From Chiloscyllium plagiosum (Eukaryota): DNA of 64,000 nucleotides. Shown piece after piece: positions 37,078-50,796 of this stretch. The notes under the pieces are model-generated. The model did not search any database and had not been told where the DNA came from. It saw only the letters and a program-made list of their open reading frames with translations. The stretch is taken from positions 5,963,961 through 6,027,960 of the forward strand of contig NC_057753.1 in NCBI RefSeq assembly GCF_004010195.1, given 5' to 3'. Made by a program: the position numbers and the translations under genes. How positions within the stretch are numbered: position 1 is the first letter of the stretch; each line of letters opens with the position of its first letter.

Positions 37078-37375
37078 CCTTTTCCTTAGATGACGTCAGC
37101 TTGTCCGAAGGGGCATAATTACAAATTGAGGGGTCATAGATTTAAGACAGATGTCAGAGGCAGGTTCTTTACGCAGAGAGCGGTAAGGGCGTGGAATGCC
37201 CTTCCTGCTATTGTCGTCAACTCAGCCACATTAGGGAGATTTAAACAATCCTTGGATAAGCACATGGATGATTTTCGCATAGTGTAGGGGTACGAGCTGA
37301 GAACAGTTCACAGGTCGGCACAACATTGAGGGCCAAAGGGCCTATTCTGCGCTGTATTGTTCCATGTTCTATGTT
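37078..37375 (+). mobile_element. CR1 3' end fragment
   Basis: KGHNYKLRGHRFKTDVRGRFFTQRAVRAWNALP plus tail. Confidence 0.85.
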
Positions 37376-38613
37376 CACTGAAACAGAGCCTGTATAATTT
37401 GGGAAATTCTGCATTCTTCCATAAACAATGCTGTAATAAATGCCATCTCATCAGTTCTGTCATGGAGGAGGAGTCGGAACACTGTTTTTGTTCAAACAGT
37501 GACACGGGCTAAGTTACATCAGCAGAGAGATCAAACAAGCCTTCAGTTTCATCTCTCATTCTAAGAGAACATCACTTCCTCAGGGCTCAGCTGATATTCA
37601 GTGCTGTGCTCATCTTCTGCAATGGGATTTTCAGCTCTAAAGAATGTAATTGACATGTTGTGTGGACACCGTTTCAACTCCACATGTTTTCATTTCTCAA
37701 ATTCTACTGGCAGTTAGTGGAGAATTTGTGGCCATGTTCTCCATGGATTTACCCTCAAGTTCTGGACTGTGAAACTATCGCCCATCATTTACATTCTCTA
37801 TTCCCACAAAAGAACATTTTATGGACATGTGTCTCTTTGGATCCAACTGGTTGTTTATGTCCAGTTAAATTTTATTCACTCTTTGGATAAACCAATCAGC
37901 AATGAGGAGTCAGCAAACGCTTTTGAACACTCTCTTTTCAGTACAAATGCATTGGCAGATTTTTTTTTAAAAAGCCAGCTTATTCCAAAACTCTCCCGCT
38001 TTTAGGCGCGTAATTGGTGATTGCAAGGGGAACACAGTAACTGGAATTGAATCCAATGAAGTTTTTGCTGGAGGTCAAAGGACAAAGAAAATTACAGCAC
38101 AGGAACAGTCCCTTTGGTCCTCTAAAATTGCATAATCCAGATCTTCTATCGAAACCTGTAACCGATTTTCTGAGTATCTGTATCCCTTTGCTCAATGTCC
38201 ATTCATGTGTCTGTGTAGATATATTTAGTGGATATATCTTGTTGATTGTGAGAGAAGAACAAGGGAAGACAACTCATACGCAATCCGGAGGAGTGGGAAA
38301 AGCCAGGTCAACCAGACTGATTGAGTTGTTGCTTTCGCGAGCCTATGTAGACAGAATAGGCTGAATCGAAAGCAAAAACATATTGGGCAAATCTAGCAGG
38401 TCTACCCGTATCTATGAAAATAAAAAAAAGTTAAGGTTTCAAAATGTCGAGTTGTATCAGTTCTGATGACGTCACTTTTCGTGAGTTGATTGCGGAGATC
38501 CTTAGAAACATTCACTTGTTTTCTATAACCAATGATTCCTTGCCACCTTGCCTGACAGCCCTTATGATCAAGAAATATATAAAAAGAATCTGGATCCAAC
38601 TGTCCTTTAGTAG

Positions 38614-38724
38614 GACAGCTCTCTGCCTGTATTCCTGATGAAGGGCTTTGCCCGAAACGTCGATTTTACTGCTCCTCGGATGCTGCCTGAACTGCTGTGC
38701 TCTTCCAGCACCACTAATCCAGAA
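38614..38724 (+). mobile_element. Short pLTR-derived insertion with hammerhead core and 13-bp TSD
   Basis: CTGATGA(38635)-A-GGGC TTT GCCC-GAAA-CGTC. Flanked by an exact TGTCCTTTAGTAG repeat at 38601-38613 and 38725-38737. Confidence 0.8.
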
Positions 38725-39647
38725 TGTCCTTTAGTAGCGGCCGAGTTGTGACGGTGAAGGATATGGAAGTCCAATGGGTGCTCCCAGTGTGGATTTAATC
38801 TCTGCTGACTGTATTCCATTTCCTCCCTGATTTCAGCCCAATGTTAATTCAATTCACTTTCTGTGGGGTTCCTATATTTTCGCCTGCTTAAAAAACGGAA
38901 ATGACTGAAATTTGCGGTTCTCTGTTGGAAAGAAATTGTTGTTTATGTCAGTGCACTCAAAAATGGTTTGCTGTTTCCTTTTGATTAAAAAAAATCCGCA
39001 AAATATAAAGGGTTGAAATTTGCTGACAGCACAAGAGATGAAAAACGTTTAATATTTTTACAGTTACTGCAGACAGAGTATTAGTTCATTCAGTCAGGAG
39101 CAGAAATCAGTGTTCTTAATAAAGAATACATTGCAAACGAATTGAATGCGATGATATTCACAGTAGATGAGGGAAAATTGGAATGCACTGCTCCCAGTTA
39201 AATTGTCCTTTCTGAGAATCAGCAGTGACATTATGGATTGAGATGCAGTGTGGTCTTTGAACATTTTGAAATGCAGTGCGGTCTTTGAACGCCAAGGTTA
39301 GACTCCTGTCCATTGTCTCTTATCACTCCTTATTTAAATCATGTGCTGGCAACATTAAAATCTTGATGGCAGTGGTTGGTGCACATCTCAAACAGTACCT
39401 GCGCGAAACACAGGGTGGAAATTAATGATTCCACAATTGAAACTGAGGAAATGAGAGAAAATGCTGCAATATCAACTCACATCCGTCCCTTTAGTGGAGG
39501 AAGTGGAAGAATTACAAGTGAGTGCAGACCTGTTGAAGCTTTTACTGTCTTACCAAACTGGGAAATAGCCAATAACGGGATTGAGGTGCTAGAGTGTTAA
39601 AGATCTGATGAAATGATTTGTGTGGTCAACGTTTATCCTACAAACAT

Positions 39648-39884
39648 TGTTGTGGTTCTGTTCGCCGAGCTGGAAGTTTTTGTTGCAAACGTTTCGTCCC
39701 CTGGCTAGGCGACATCATCAGTGCTTGGGAGCCTCCTGCGAAGCGCTTCTTTGATGTTTCCTCTGGTGTTTATAGTGGTCTGTCCCTGCCGCTTCCGGTT
39801 GTCAGTTTCAGCTGTCCGCTGTAGTGGTTGGTATATTGGGTCCAGGTCGATGTGTTTGTTGATGGAGTTTGTGGATGAATGCCA
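39648..39884 (-). mobile_element. Penelope-like element 3' fragment (ORF C-terminus + pLTR)
   Basis: Minus strand encodes WHSSTNSINKHIDLDPIY, homologous to ~20608-20665, followed by a pLTR with a hammerhead. Confidence 0.82.
39685..39724 (-). ncRNA. Minimal hammerhead ribozyme motif (intact core)
   Basis: Minus strand GCA-CTGATGA-T-GTCGCC(TAGCCA)GGGGAC-GAAA-CGTT-TGC: stem I GCA/TGC, stem II with one mismatch, palindromic ACGT stem III, GUU triplet. Confidence 0.75.
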
Positions 39885-41600
39885 GCCTCCTGCTTATCTA
39901 CCTTGGATTCCAGCATCGATTTTATTCTATCTATATTTCCAAAGCAGCCTACCACGTGTAAATTTATCAAACACGTTACCGAAATCCATGTTGACGCATG
40001 ATCTCTGACGCACAATGTCACACTGTTTCTAAGCGAACCCGGACTTTCCGAATTCATGTATATCGTACCTCTCAAAGTCTTCTGAAGTTACTGACCTACT
40101 GCAAATGTGGTAGGTTTTCTTTCCCAGGTTTTTCTTTGTGAGCATTCTTTGAAAAGAGTACAGCATTCTCTATTCTTCGGTCTTCTGGAACCTCACCCAT
40201 GGCTAATGGTGATGCAAAAGTATCAGCCAGGCACTCCATTCTCGAGATTCTTGTATTTTATTCATCTTCACAAATTCTAATACATCTAACACTTTCACAA
40301 CTGTGATATGGACTGTCCTCAATTATCAACACCAACGTCCCCAACAGCCAATGCTTCATGGCTTTCTCCATGATAAACACAGATGAGAAATATTTATTGA
40401 GAACCTCACCCAGCTCTCGCGTTTCTACATATACATATTCACTCTGCTCCTTGAATGATCATACTCTGTTTCTAGTTATTCTTTATTCTAGTTAGCCTGG
40501 TTGGATTCGCCCTAATCATCTCACCCAAGGACATCTTGTGTCTACTTTTCACCCTTCTGATTTCCTTATTCAACAAGCTGTTATATCCCCTATAAATTCC
40601 AAGGATTTTCTTGACCTCAACTGCATGTAAACGAGGCATGCGCCCTTTTTTTTCTGGTCCAAGCCTCAATATCCCGGCATCCAGGGTTCCCTGTTCCTTT
40701 TAAACTTGCCTTGCACTCTCACACAAAGATATAGACTTAGAATGTTAGCTATCACATTTTAAATGCCTCCCACCTGCCTGAGGTTCCTTTGCTTGCAAAC
40801 AGACTACTCCAAGCAACCACTGCAAGCTCCTGTCTAAATGCACTTAAGTTTGTCTTGTCCCAGTATAGAACTTGAACCTGTGGATCAGTTCTGTTCCTCT
40901 CCATTGCTATTTTGTTGATATAACTAAGTTCATTGCTCCCACAGTGCACACTCACTGTGAACTCCGTTACGTGTTCTGCCCTATTTCTCAAGAGTAGATC
41001 GAGTTTTGCCCCTTCCCGAGTAGGACCGCCTATATACTCCTTGAGGAAACTTTCTGAAACGCCTTTAAGAAATTCTAACCCATCTAAACCCTTAAAGATC
41101 TGGTAGTTCCAGTCTCTTCTAGAACAATCAACTTCCCTTATTATAACTTGTTCCTGCAAGCCTTCCCAATCTCCCTGCTGATTTATCTGTCTAAATCTCG
41201 TTGACGATTTAGATGCTCATAGTACAACCCCAATCACGTCACCACCCCCTTCATGTTGCTTATCTCCACCCACAAAGCCTTGCCAGGTAATTCTTTAGTT
41301 ATTTCATCTCTGATTTCTGCTGTGACTCTCGCCTTGATTAAAAATGCAACTCCCCCTCCCACTTTCAACCACCTCTGTCCCATCTAAAGCATCTGTGTTC
41401 TGGCACATGAAGCTGTCATTCTTGTTCCTCCCTTCACCATCTATCTGTATTGGCTGTCATGCCCTGATTTCATCAGTCTTACCTGTCAGCCCTCTTAGGT
41501 TAAAGTAAATGCAATTCAATCCAACAGGCCATCCTGGCTTCCTGTCATGTTCCAGCCTTACCCGCCTCTTCAATTTATTATTACTGCATACTATATCTCT
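39885..41600 (-). mobile_element. CR1 LINE ORF2 5' part, decayed
   Basis: Minus ORFs LNCIYFNLRGLTGK and PTREGAKLDLLL. Confidence 0.75.
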
Positions 41601-42624
41601 TTCCAAACTCGCACTTGCCTCCTTGCAAGTTTCAATTTCAGAATAAGACGATTGTTTAATTTGTTTAATGACAACAGATGGAGGACAAATACAATAGGAC
41701 ATTTGAAATGCGACTAATTTATTTCATACGTCACTGGGGTAGAGATTTCACAAAGCTATCATTTTTTACACAGTAAACTGAACGTGCGCTACTTTGCAAA
41801 AAGTCATGATCAACAACAATGTTCATGGTGGAAAATCAATCCTTAACATCAGTGCACAGAGTGCCTTGTTTCTACATCGAATTTATTTACCGTCTTCTCT
41901 TGCCAGTTTTGGAGTTTTTTTTTCTGTTTAACAAACCCTTACTTATAAACAGAAGTTGCTGAACAGGTCAGTCGGTCTGGCTGCATCTGTGAAGATAATT
42001 CAGAGTTAACGTTGTGGATCTACTGACCCTTCCTATTTTATGCACTTCGGCAAGGTTAACTGTGCAGTATCGGGAATGTGCCATTTTCTGTCCATTTGAC
42101 TGATCCGTCGTTATGGATAATGCAATGATTTCCTGTTCTTCATTGAGCAGCTATGACTATTTAAGGAGAGTAGCGTGTGACTGTCACGTTTTAAATATAA
42201 TTGAATGGATACGTTAACATTCTTACTAGTTAAAGATTCTTCAGCTTCTCCTGGCGATTGGCAATCTGGTGACTTCTTAGCAAGGGATCTTTCCATAATT
42301 TATGTTCAACTTTGTCATCACTTCTCGACAGCGCATGATTCATGAGGAACTGTAGATACTGCGTTTATGCATCATGTTTCTTTAGTCATGGAAAGACGGA
42401 AAGATAAAATGCAGAAGAATCCCTTCATCTTACTTTTCAGAACCTGGCTATATCATGTAATAGATTGATGGGAATTTTTAACTCATAAAGTAAGGAAATG
42501 AAAACCGAGTAAAATCCGCCTACATGTGCTGGGTTGTACATATTGATTCCTGTAGTGGAAGTGTATCAATTTAACCTATTCAAATGAACTTCTGTATTAC
42601 AATATTTGCATTTCAAGCACAACT

Positions 42625-42915
42625 GTTAATTAGATTCCCTGCAGCATGGAAGCAGGCCATTTGGCCCAACCAGTCGACACCGACCCCCTGAAGGGTAACC
42701 CTTCCAGATACATTCCCCTATAAATATAGGATGCAATACTATGGGCAATTTAGCATGACCAATCCACCGGATCCGGGCCTCTTTGGATTTGGAGAGGAAA
42801 CATATCCAGACACAGGGAGAACGTGCGCATTCCACACAGCCAGTAGCCAGAATCGAATCCAGGAGCCTGGCGTTGTAAGGCAGCAGTGCTAACCTCAGAA
42901 CCACCGTGCCACCAC
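42625..42915 (-). mobile_element. HE1-type SINE
   Basis: Same architecture as 1040-1315. Confidence 0.8.
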
Positions 42916-45119
42916 ACATTACCTTGGGGTAACATTTACGCAGATTCTGGAACTTTTATCTTAATCAGTCGAAATGTATACATCCTTTTGCAATAGTTTT
43001 CTCCGTATGCTGCTTCTACAAACAAACTAAGATTCATACAATGCAGAAATTCCTTTATTCTTTAACAGGATTGGACAATTGCTGGTTGGGCAGCAATTTT
43101 TTGCCAATCCCTAATTGCCCCAGAGAGCAGTTGAAAGTCAACCCCATGTCGGCTGGACCAGGTAAGGATGTTCCTTAAAGGATGTTAGTGAAAAGATGGA
43201 GTTTCCAACAATTGTGAAACTGATTCATAGTCGTTATTAGATTCTTAAACCTAGATAATTACGATTGAAATTCCACCCTTTTCCCCATAGTGGGATTCGA
43301 ACGCGGGTCTCTGGAACATTGCCAAGTTTTCTAGATTAACAGTGATAATACCACTGAACTTTCTAATGTCAGCTGTCAATCAATTTTTTCTGTACCTGGC
43401 AAAAGCAAAGCTAGCATAAAACCACAATAAGTCGCATAAAGTTGAAAGTACCTATTGTTATCAGTGCATCCCTTTGGTATAGAGAGTGTCATTTGACATT
43501 TTATATAAATGTGCAAAATCATGAGCGGTTCCATAGAGAGTAGAAAGGTTTGAAAATTATAAGTGCTTGCCACTGGGAACTGGAACAAAATGTTGGTGGT
43601 CAATCTTTCCTGATTGACAAAATAACTAAATTCCAATTGAGGATTTCTTCCTTCATAGAGTGAGATGTTGAGATTTCAGCAACAAATGATTAGCGATATG
43701 ACGTCATATATGACGTGGACTTTAAAATGGCGATTGGAAAGCATGGCAGGAGAATAAATTGTATGTGAGCGTACAATCCAAACAGAGAATGCCATTGACA
43801 GAAAAATCTCTCTCTCCTCATAACTGATAAATAAGTTGGGTTTGGGAGGTGGGTGGACATATTCGGGGTGGGGGGAGACACAGAAGTTGACAGTTTACAG
43901 ATTGTGGTAAAAAAAAACAAAATACAAAATATGATTCCTGTTCAGAGAAATACTCAGACTGCAATCAAAACGTTAACCCCGTTTCTCTGTCCACAGCTGT
44001 TGACAGACCTGCTGTGCTTTGCCAGCATTTTCTGATATTGATGAAAAATATTGGAAGTGTTCACCTGTGGTATTATTCCTATTTTTGTTTTTGCCCGTGT
44101 TCTACTCCAATGACATGAATCTCGGAGTTCATACAATGCAAAACAAGCCAAATTATAATCCGAGCAAAAGTGGGCAGGGGAAACTTTTATCAATAGATGT
44201 TGGAATAATTTAGCTCACTTGTGAAGTGGATATTTGAATATACTTCTTGCCTGAACTTTGAAGGATGGAAAATTCTGCACACATTTTAATTGTCTTGAAC
44301 GTAATACACTTTCTGTAACAAACATGTGTAAAGTGGTTTTCTTCACTTTCGATTGCTGTTTATCTACTGTCGTTTCTTCTTGTTGTTGACGTTGGTGTAT
44401 ATTGCCTTACAAATCCTTATTTTATATAAAGCTCCCATTTTGAGTCTATGCGGTTCCATGTTTAGTGTCTGTTTCTGTCAATCAGATAGATCAGTGCTTA
44501 CAGGTACTGTCCTTCCATGATAGTACCTTCTGCCTGGTCTTGGTTAAAGCTATTGACTTCAACATTATGATTCCGTATTCTAAATTCAATGTGGCCTTGA
44601 GAAAAGTATGTGTCAAACACCTGTCAGAGCTAATTGGCTTGATATGTCAACAACCTTTATTAAGTAACGCTTTGCGGCCTCCCTGGCGTGACTGAGATTT
44701 GAATGACATTTTTTTTTAAAAAAAGGATCTGTATGTAGCCATTCTCAACATTACTTGATGTCACTGTGGAGAATTATACTGACCATATGATGTTTTGGCT
44801 AAGAAATGAAAATGTGTCAAACAACGAGTGAAGTGATACCAATGTTCCTGGACAATGAGCAAACAGTCCTGACTGGAATTAGGCAAGATATAAGAAAACT
44901 AAACAGAAAACTAGCAATTAAGGGAAATGGGAAATATTGAGTGCACTAATAATGGTCTGGAATCACAATTCGTCGAAATCTGACCTGGAAGATTGTCCAG
45001 AAGCAATTGAGAAGCTGAGATGAACTTAGTAGATATGGCATTTTTGGATAAAGGCAGCAGGCTTAATATGGACAGTATACCTTGAGAAGAAGATCGAGCA
45101 TGAATATCGGCACCAGAGG

Positions 45120-45415
45120 ATGGCAGCACGGTGGCTCAGTGGTTAACGCTGCTGCCTCATAACACCAGCGTCTTAGGTTCGATTCCAGCCTTGGCGACTG
45201 TCTGTGTGGAGTTTGTTCATTCTCCTCCTGGCGCTCTGGTTTCCACCCCCAGCCCAAAGATGTGCAGGTCAGATGAGGTGGCCATGCTAAATTGCCCATC
45301 GTGTCAGGTGTATTACTCAGAGGGAAATAAGACTCGATGAGCTACTCTTTAGAGGGTCGGTGTGGACTTGTTGGGCCGAAGTGCCTGTTTCCACACTGTG
45401 GGGAATCTAATCTAA
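45120..45415 (+). mobile_element. HE1-type SINE
   Basis: ggcagcacggtggctcagtggttaac..ggttcgattcc head; gggaatctaatcta tail. Confidence 0.85.
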
Positions 45416-45849
45416 GACTGATACCATATGATAAGGTTCGCAATGCAGAACAGCGATGGCAAAATCCGAGTCTGTTCTGCTCAATAGCAATGTAGTACAA
45501 TTTATGAATTGTGTTCAGATGCAAACAGCATTTTGGCAATTTCAATTTCGTCCCTCTGTTTGATGGGTTGCACCCTTTCTGGAAACTACTCGATAACTAA
45601 TTTGCAATTGAGATCTGTTGTAATTATAAATTTTGTGTAATCCAAACTTTGTTTGTCTTGAAATAGGAAAGCGTTTGTGACTTCACTTATTTTGCCATGA
45701 CACCAGCCAATATTTGTAACCTCGTATATTATTGTAGTTAATAGACAGTACATTGTAATTTTTTTAAAGATTCTGTTGGAAAATGATGACAGTTTAGAAT
45801 TTACCCCATTTCTGTCTCGACAGATGTCCAAAAAATCAAAGTATCATAC

Positions 45850-47590
45850 GATTCCTAAAATAGGGATCCTCAATAGTAGAGAGGCAAGTGCAAGGCTCGA
45901 AGGACATCTCGTAATCAGAAACAGTAAGTTAAAAGGAGAGGTCAAGGTTGAACACGACAGGAACCAAGGAAATCATTTATCATTAAATTGTATTTATTGC
46001 AATACAAGAGGGCTGACAGGTAAAGTTGATTAACTCAGGGCGTGAACAGTAACGTGGGACTGGGACATTATATCGATTACAGAAACAGGTTTAATGGAGA
46101 GAAAGGTCTGGCTGCTTAATGTGCCAAGACAGAGCTGTTTCATGTGGGACAGAGGTGGTAGAAAGAAGGGAAGGAAAGATACATTTTTGATTAAGGTGAG
46201 TATCACATTATTAATCAGAGTCGAAATAACTGAAGGATCACCTGGTGAGGCTTTGTGGGTGGACCTAAGGAACACGCAGGAGATGGTGACGCTATTGGTG
46301 TTGTATTAGAGGCCCACAAATACTCAACTGGAATTAGGGAGAACTTTAACAAGCAATAGGGCCGTCATAATTTCCCAAACACGGAAGGGACTGCCACAAC
46401 GTTGATGGGTTGGAATTTTTTAAGTGTGTTCTGCAAAGTTTACACCAGCAGTATCTAAAGGGTGCTACTTGGCAAGGGGCAAAACGCGACCTACTTTCGG
46501 TAGGGCAGAACAGGTGATAGAGGTGACAGTGGGTGAGCACTTTGGGAGTAGTGGTCATAGTTCTCCTAATTTAAAAACAAAGATATGGAAAGGGACGAAA
46601 GATTCTAGTTTTAAATTAGAGAAAGGCGAATTTTGATGCAATTAGACAGAAGTTTGCAGGGGTTTATTGGAATAGTTTGCAGGCAATCGGACATCTGGAA
46701 CGCCTTTAAAAGTGAGATAGCTAGATGCAAGATCTATATGCTCCTGTGAGCGTGAAGGACAAGGTTGGCAGGAAGAGGAAACCCTGGACGACAAGAGATG
46801 CGAAGACTTTGAACAGAAAAGAAAGGAGACTTATCTTCAGGTTCAGGGAGTTGTAATCAAAAGAATCCCTAGAGGTACAGTGTGAGGTGCTGCATTTTGG
46901 AATGTCAAATCAATGTAAAAGTTCCATGGTGAATGGTAGAGCCTTAATGAGTGCAGTGGAAGAGACGAATCTTTGGGTTCAGGCTCTGAGTTCTGTGAAA
47001 TTTGAGTCACTGGTAGACAGGGCATTGAAACAAGGCCTTTGGCACACTGGCCTACATCAGTCAGGAGATTGGTATAGAAATCAGGAAGTTACATTGTAGT
47101 AATGCGTGACGTTTCTGAGCCACATTTAGAGTACTGTGTTTAGTTTTAGTCACATGAAAAGGGCGTGATTAAATTAAAAAGAAAATTCGAAATTTTTGCG
47201 CATGTTGCCTGGACTCAATCATCTGAGTTATGGAGAGACTTTAGACAAGCTGGAGTTTAGGAAACAGCAGGAGAATGTTATTTTAGTGCATAATATCATG
47301 ATAGTGTGAGTGTACTCAGTCTTTCTCTCAGTGTTCGGGAATCGAGGACTCGAGTGCATGAGTTTAAGTTGAGAGGAGAAAGAACGCAAATGGTTGAGCT
47401 GCAAGCGGAAGTGGCTGAAGCAGACACATTAACAACATTTAAAGGCATTTGGACACATACATAAACAGGAAAGGATTAGAAGGAAATGGGGCAATGCAGA
47501 GGAATGGGCTTAATGTGGACGGACATCTTCTTTTAGCAGGAGCCAGTTTTTTGCCAAAGTGCTTGTGTCTGCGCTTTAGGAATCCATGAG
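45850..47590 (+). mobile_element. CR1 LINE, internally deleted and decayed
   Basis: LNCIYCNTRGLTGK, EHFGSSGHS, CEVLHFG, LEYCV motifs. Confidence 0.75.
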
Positions 47591-47794
47591 TCTACGATTG
47601 TAATGTGGAAAGCGGCCATTTGGCCCATCAAGCCGGCACGGACAATTTGCATCACACCGACTCAGTCCCTTATCCTCTCCCTGTAACCGTACCAAGTTTT
47701 TTTTTTCATTTAGCCTGCACATTCCTGGACACTGTGGACAATTTATCATAATCAATCCACAGAAACAGCACATCTTTTTTAACTCTGTGAAGAA

Positions 47795-48760
47795 ACCGGT
47801 TGCAAACAGTGAAGAAACCAGTTGACCAGTGGTGTTCCAAAGAGATCAGTGCTGAGCCACTGTTGTTTGTAATATACATAATTGATCTGGAAGAGCGCAC
47901 TGTTGGTACGATCAGTAAGTTTTCGGAGAGTTGGGTGGAGAACTGGCAGATGGATTTCAATCCTGGCAAATGTGAGGTTATGCATTTTGGGAAGTCTAAT
48001 TCTAGAGTGAATTATACAGTAAACCGAAAAACCTTGTTAAAAGTTGATCAGCAGGGAGATCTGGGAGTTCGGGTTTATTGTGTCCTGAAGGTTGTTGCAC
48101 AGGTGGATAGAGTGGTCAAGAAGGCAAATGGTATGCTTGTCTTCATCGGACGGGGTATTGAGTATAAGAGCTGGCAGGTCATGTTAAAATTGTACAACAT
48201 ATTGGTTCGGCTGCATTTAGAATACTGTATATACTTCTAGTTGCCATATTACCAAAAGGATGAGGATGCTTTGGAGAGGGTACAGAGAAGGTTTATGGGG
48301 ATGTTGTCTGGTATGTAAAGTGCTTGCGATGAAGAGAGGTTGAGTAGGTTAGGGTTGTTTTCATTAGAAAAAATGAGTTTGAGGGTCACATGTTTGAGGT
48401 CTACAAAATCATGAAGGGTATAGACAGGGTTGATAGAGATAAACGTTTTTCCCAGGGTGAAGGATTCAATAACGAGAGGTCACACTTTCAAGTGAGAGGT
48501 GAAAAGTTTAAGGGGGAATACCCGTGGCAAGTACTTTACAGAGCGGGTGGTAGGTGTCTGGATTGCGTTGCCAGCAGAGGTAGTATAGCCAGGCACGATA
48601 GATTCATTTAAGATGTGTCTAGACAGATGCATGAGTGGATGGGGAGCAGAGGGATACAGATGCTTAAGAATTGGGCGACAGTGGAATTGGATCGGCTCAG
48701 GCTCCGAGGACCGAAAGGCCTGCTCCTGAGCTGTAAATTTTCTTTGTTCTTTGTTTTTTT
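47795..48760 (+). mobile_element. CR1 LINE 3' portion
   Basis: ORF 47800..48240 WQMDFNPGKCEVMHFG...HLEYC; tail like 3862-4106. Confidence 0.88.
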
Positions 48761-49258
48761 TTGTAAATGCACGCCGGCGCGGGAAGCGCGTACACACTCT
48801 GTGGAGACAGTCTCCCAAGGCAAGAATCGAATCCAGGTCCCTGGCACTGTAAGACATCAGTGAAGTAGCATTATGTATTTTATTGCATTTCTTTTCTTTT
48901 TACTTTGACTCAGATATTACGCTCATGTTCTGGATGGAAATTAGAGGGAACATGTCTTGTCCACAGTGAATTTCATTACAATAATCGACACTTGTCCTAC
49001 GAAGATTGTAACATTGCTGACGTTGATGCTGCCAACCGGCAAGGTTAACATAAGGTAAATAACGTTTGCAGACATTCAGATTATCCCAAATACCACATCA
49101 ATAATTAGGAACAGGATATATTGATTTTAACTACGTTAAATTTATTGAGTAAAATAGGTCTGAATAGTGTTCGGTCACATTAAGAAAAAAATATCATTAG
49201 ATAAATAGATAGATTGGTGGAGAGACTTGTTAAAACAATGTGAACAAGTGTGGAAGTT

Positions 49259-49312
49259 CCAGCAACACATTTTCAGCTCTGGTCTCCAGCATCTGCAGTC
49301 CGCACTTTCTCC
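49259..49312 (+). mobile_element. Short 3' fragment of the pLTR-derived repeat
   Basis: Nearly identical to 51719-51772; flanked by tggaagtt / tggaggtt. Confidence 0.65.
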
Positions 49313-49678
49313 TGGAGGTTTTAGAAGCCAGGATCATGCTATCCAATTTCGTGTCGGCCAACGTGGTGAAAAGAAGATGGAACCAGAGTTTACATCATTT
49401 CCCACAGCATCAGAACATCGTAACATCGTTGTTCATTAAATATTTTCCTGAGGCTATCCTATACAGCGTTTGGGAAAAACAATCTCACAATTTTCTGAAG
49501 CACAAGAATACATTTTAATCCTTAAACAATATGAAAATCATATGTACAACACTGTCGTCGTCTATATTTATTCCACGAAAAACACTTGATTTTCCTTTAA
49601 AATATTTTAGTTCATTAAAGTGTTATCATAAATTCGCGAGCAGATGTTGTAGTCTCTTTTCTTCAATTAGTATGATTA

Positions 49679-49733
49679 ATTTGCATGATAAAACGCTCTA
49701 ATTTTCTCCCTGAAGGTTAACATCAGGTATAAG
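49679..49733 (+). promoter_or_regulatory. Putative core promoter of gene B2 (octamer ATTTGCAT 49679, module 49698-49721, TATAAG 49728)
   Basis: TATA-like box 58 nt before the ATG; CTAATT-N4-CCCT spacing identical to A1 and A2. Confidence 0.45.
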
Positions 49734-49785
49734 TGCCAACAATCCTTGAATGCAATCTAAACCTCAGTGAGGATTTCCTATAGCG

Positions 49786-49855
49786 ATGCATGGGTCAAAG
49801 AAAGAACTGGTGTTTGCCATTTGCTACCCAGTCCTTGCGTCTATTGGCATTCCAG
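49786..49855 (+). CDS. GPR139/GPR142-like GPCR gene B2, coding exon 1 (MHGSKKELVFAICYPVLASIGIP + 1 nt)
   Basis: Below the ORF-track cutoff, found by eye. ATG 49786, exactly 70 nt, donor CCA G|GTAATT at 49856. Same length and phase as the A1/A2 first exons; joins in frame to give IGIP-ANLVVIAILS. Confidence 0.85.
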
Positions 49856-50796
49856 GTAATTAGTGCTATTAAATGACTTATTTTAAAAGTCGTTTGATAG
49901 TATTCCAGTAATGTTGGTAAGTTCAGTATTATTTTTCATCAGAAAGCTCATCCATAATTTTTCTTGAGAAGGTCCTGGTAAGTCAACGTTGGAAACCAGT
50001 AAATATTTTGAACACGTCTCGATCCCTCTGTAAAATGTTTCCAGGGTTTCAATGACGTGACGGTGAAGGAACATCGATAAGTTTTCAAGACAGTATGTTG
50101 TGTAGCTGGGAATGAACTTTTCAGGCAATGACGTTCCTTTGCAAGAAAGCTCAGGTGACAGGTTTGGAAAGGACTGAGAAAGAAGCTTAAGCAAATTGTC
50201 GTAGTTGTAATTTAAATGGGCACACTGCTCTCTGTACATCTGTACTTGAGGATTTAAATGTTAATGTAAGGCATCCAGTCCATTTTTTTTGGACTTCTCT
50301 AATATTGTAAAGAATTGTTTGTGTGTTCTTGGAGCTACATTCATTCAGATAAGTTTTGAGTATTACTTCACACTGATGAGGACTTTAAAAGCAGAAGGCT
50401 AAGCAATTTGCTGCAAAATTCCCAGCGTCTGATCTACTGTTTTAGGCATTTCTTTTAATAGTTCAGTTCAGATTATGAGCACATATCGTCTCCATTGTGC
50501 TTAGTACATCTTCAGTCTTTTCAGGACTGGCTTCATGGCTTAAAACACCACAGTATCTAATGCATTATCCACATTCTTGACGCTGGTGGTCTCTGGGCGA
50601 AGTCAGTCTATCACTAATTCACGAATTGCAGTTATTGTAGTTGCTTAATGTTTCTAATTTATTATGTCATGCCGGAATCACATCACAAATTGTGATCAGG
50701 GAATTTGATGTGCCTTTCCTTCCAATGTTTAAGGTCATACATCACTTCCTTTCAAATTTTTAGTATACTTTTATTGGTCTGAGTGAAGCATTTAGG

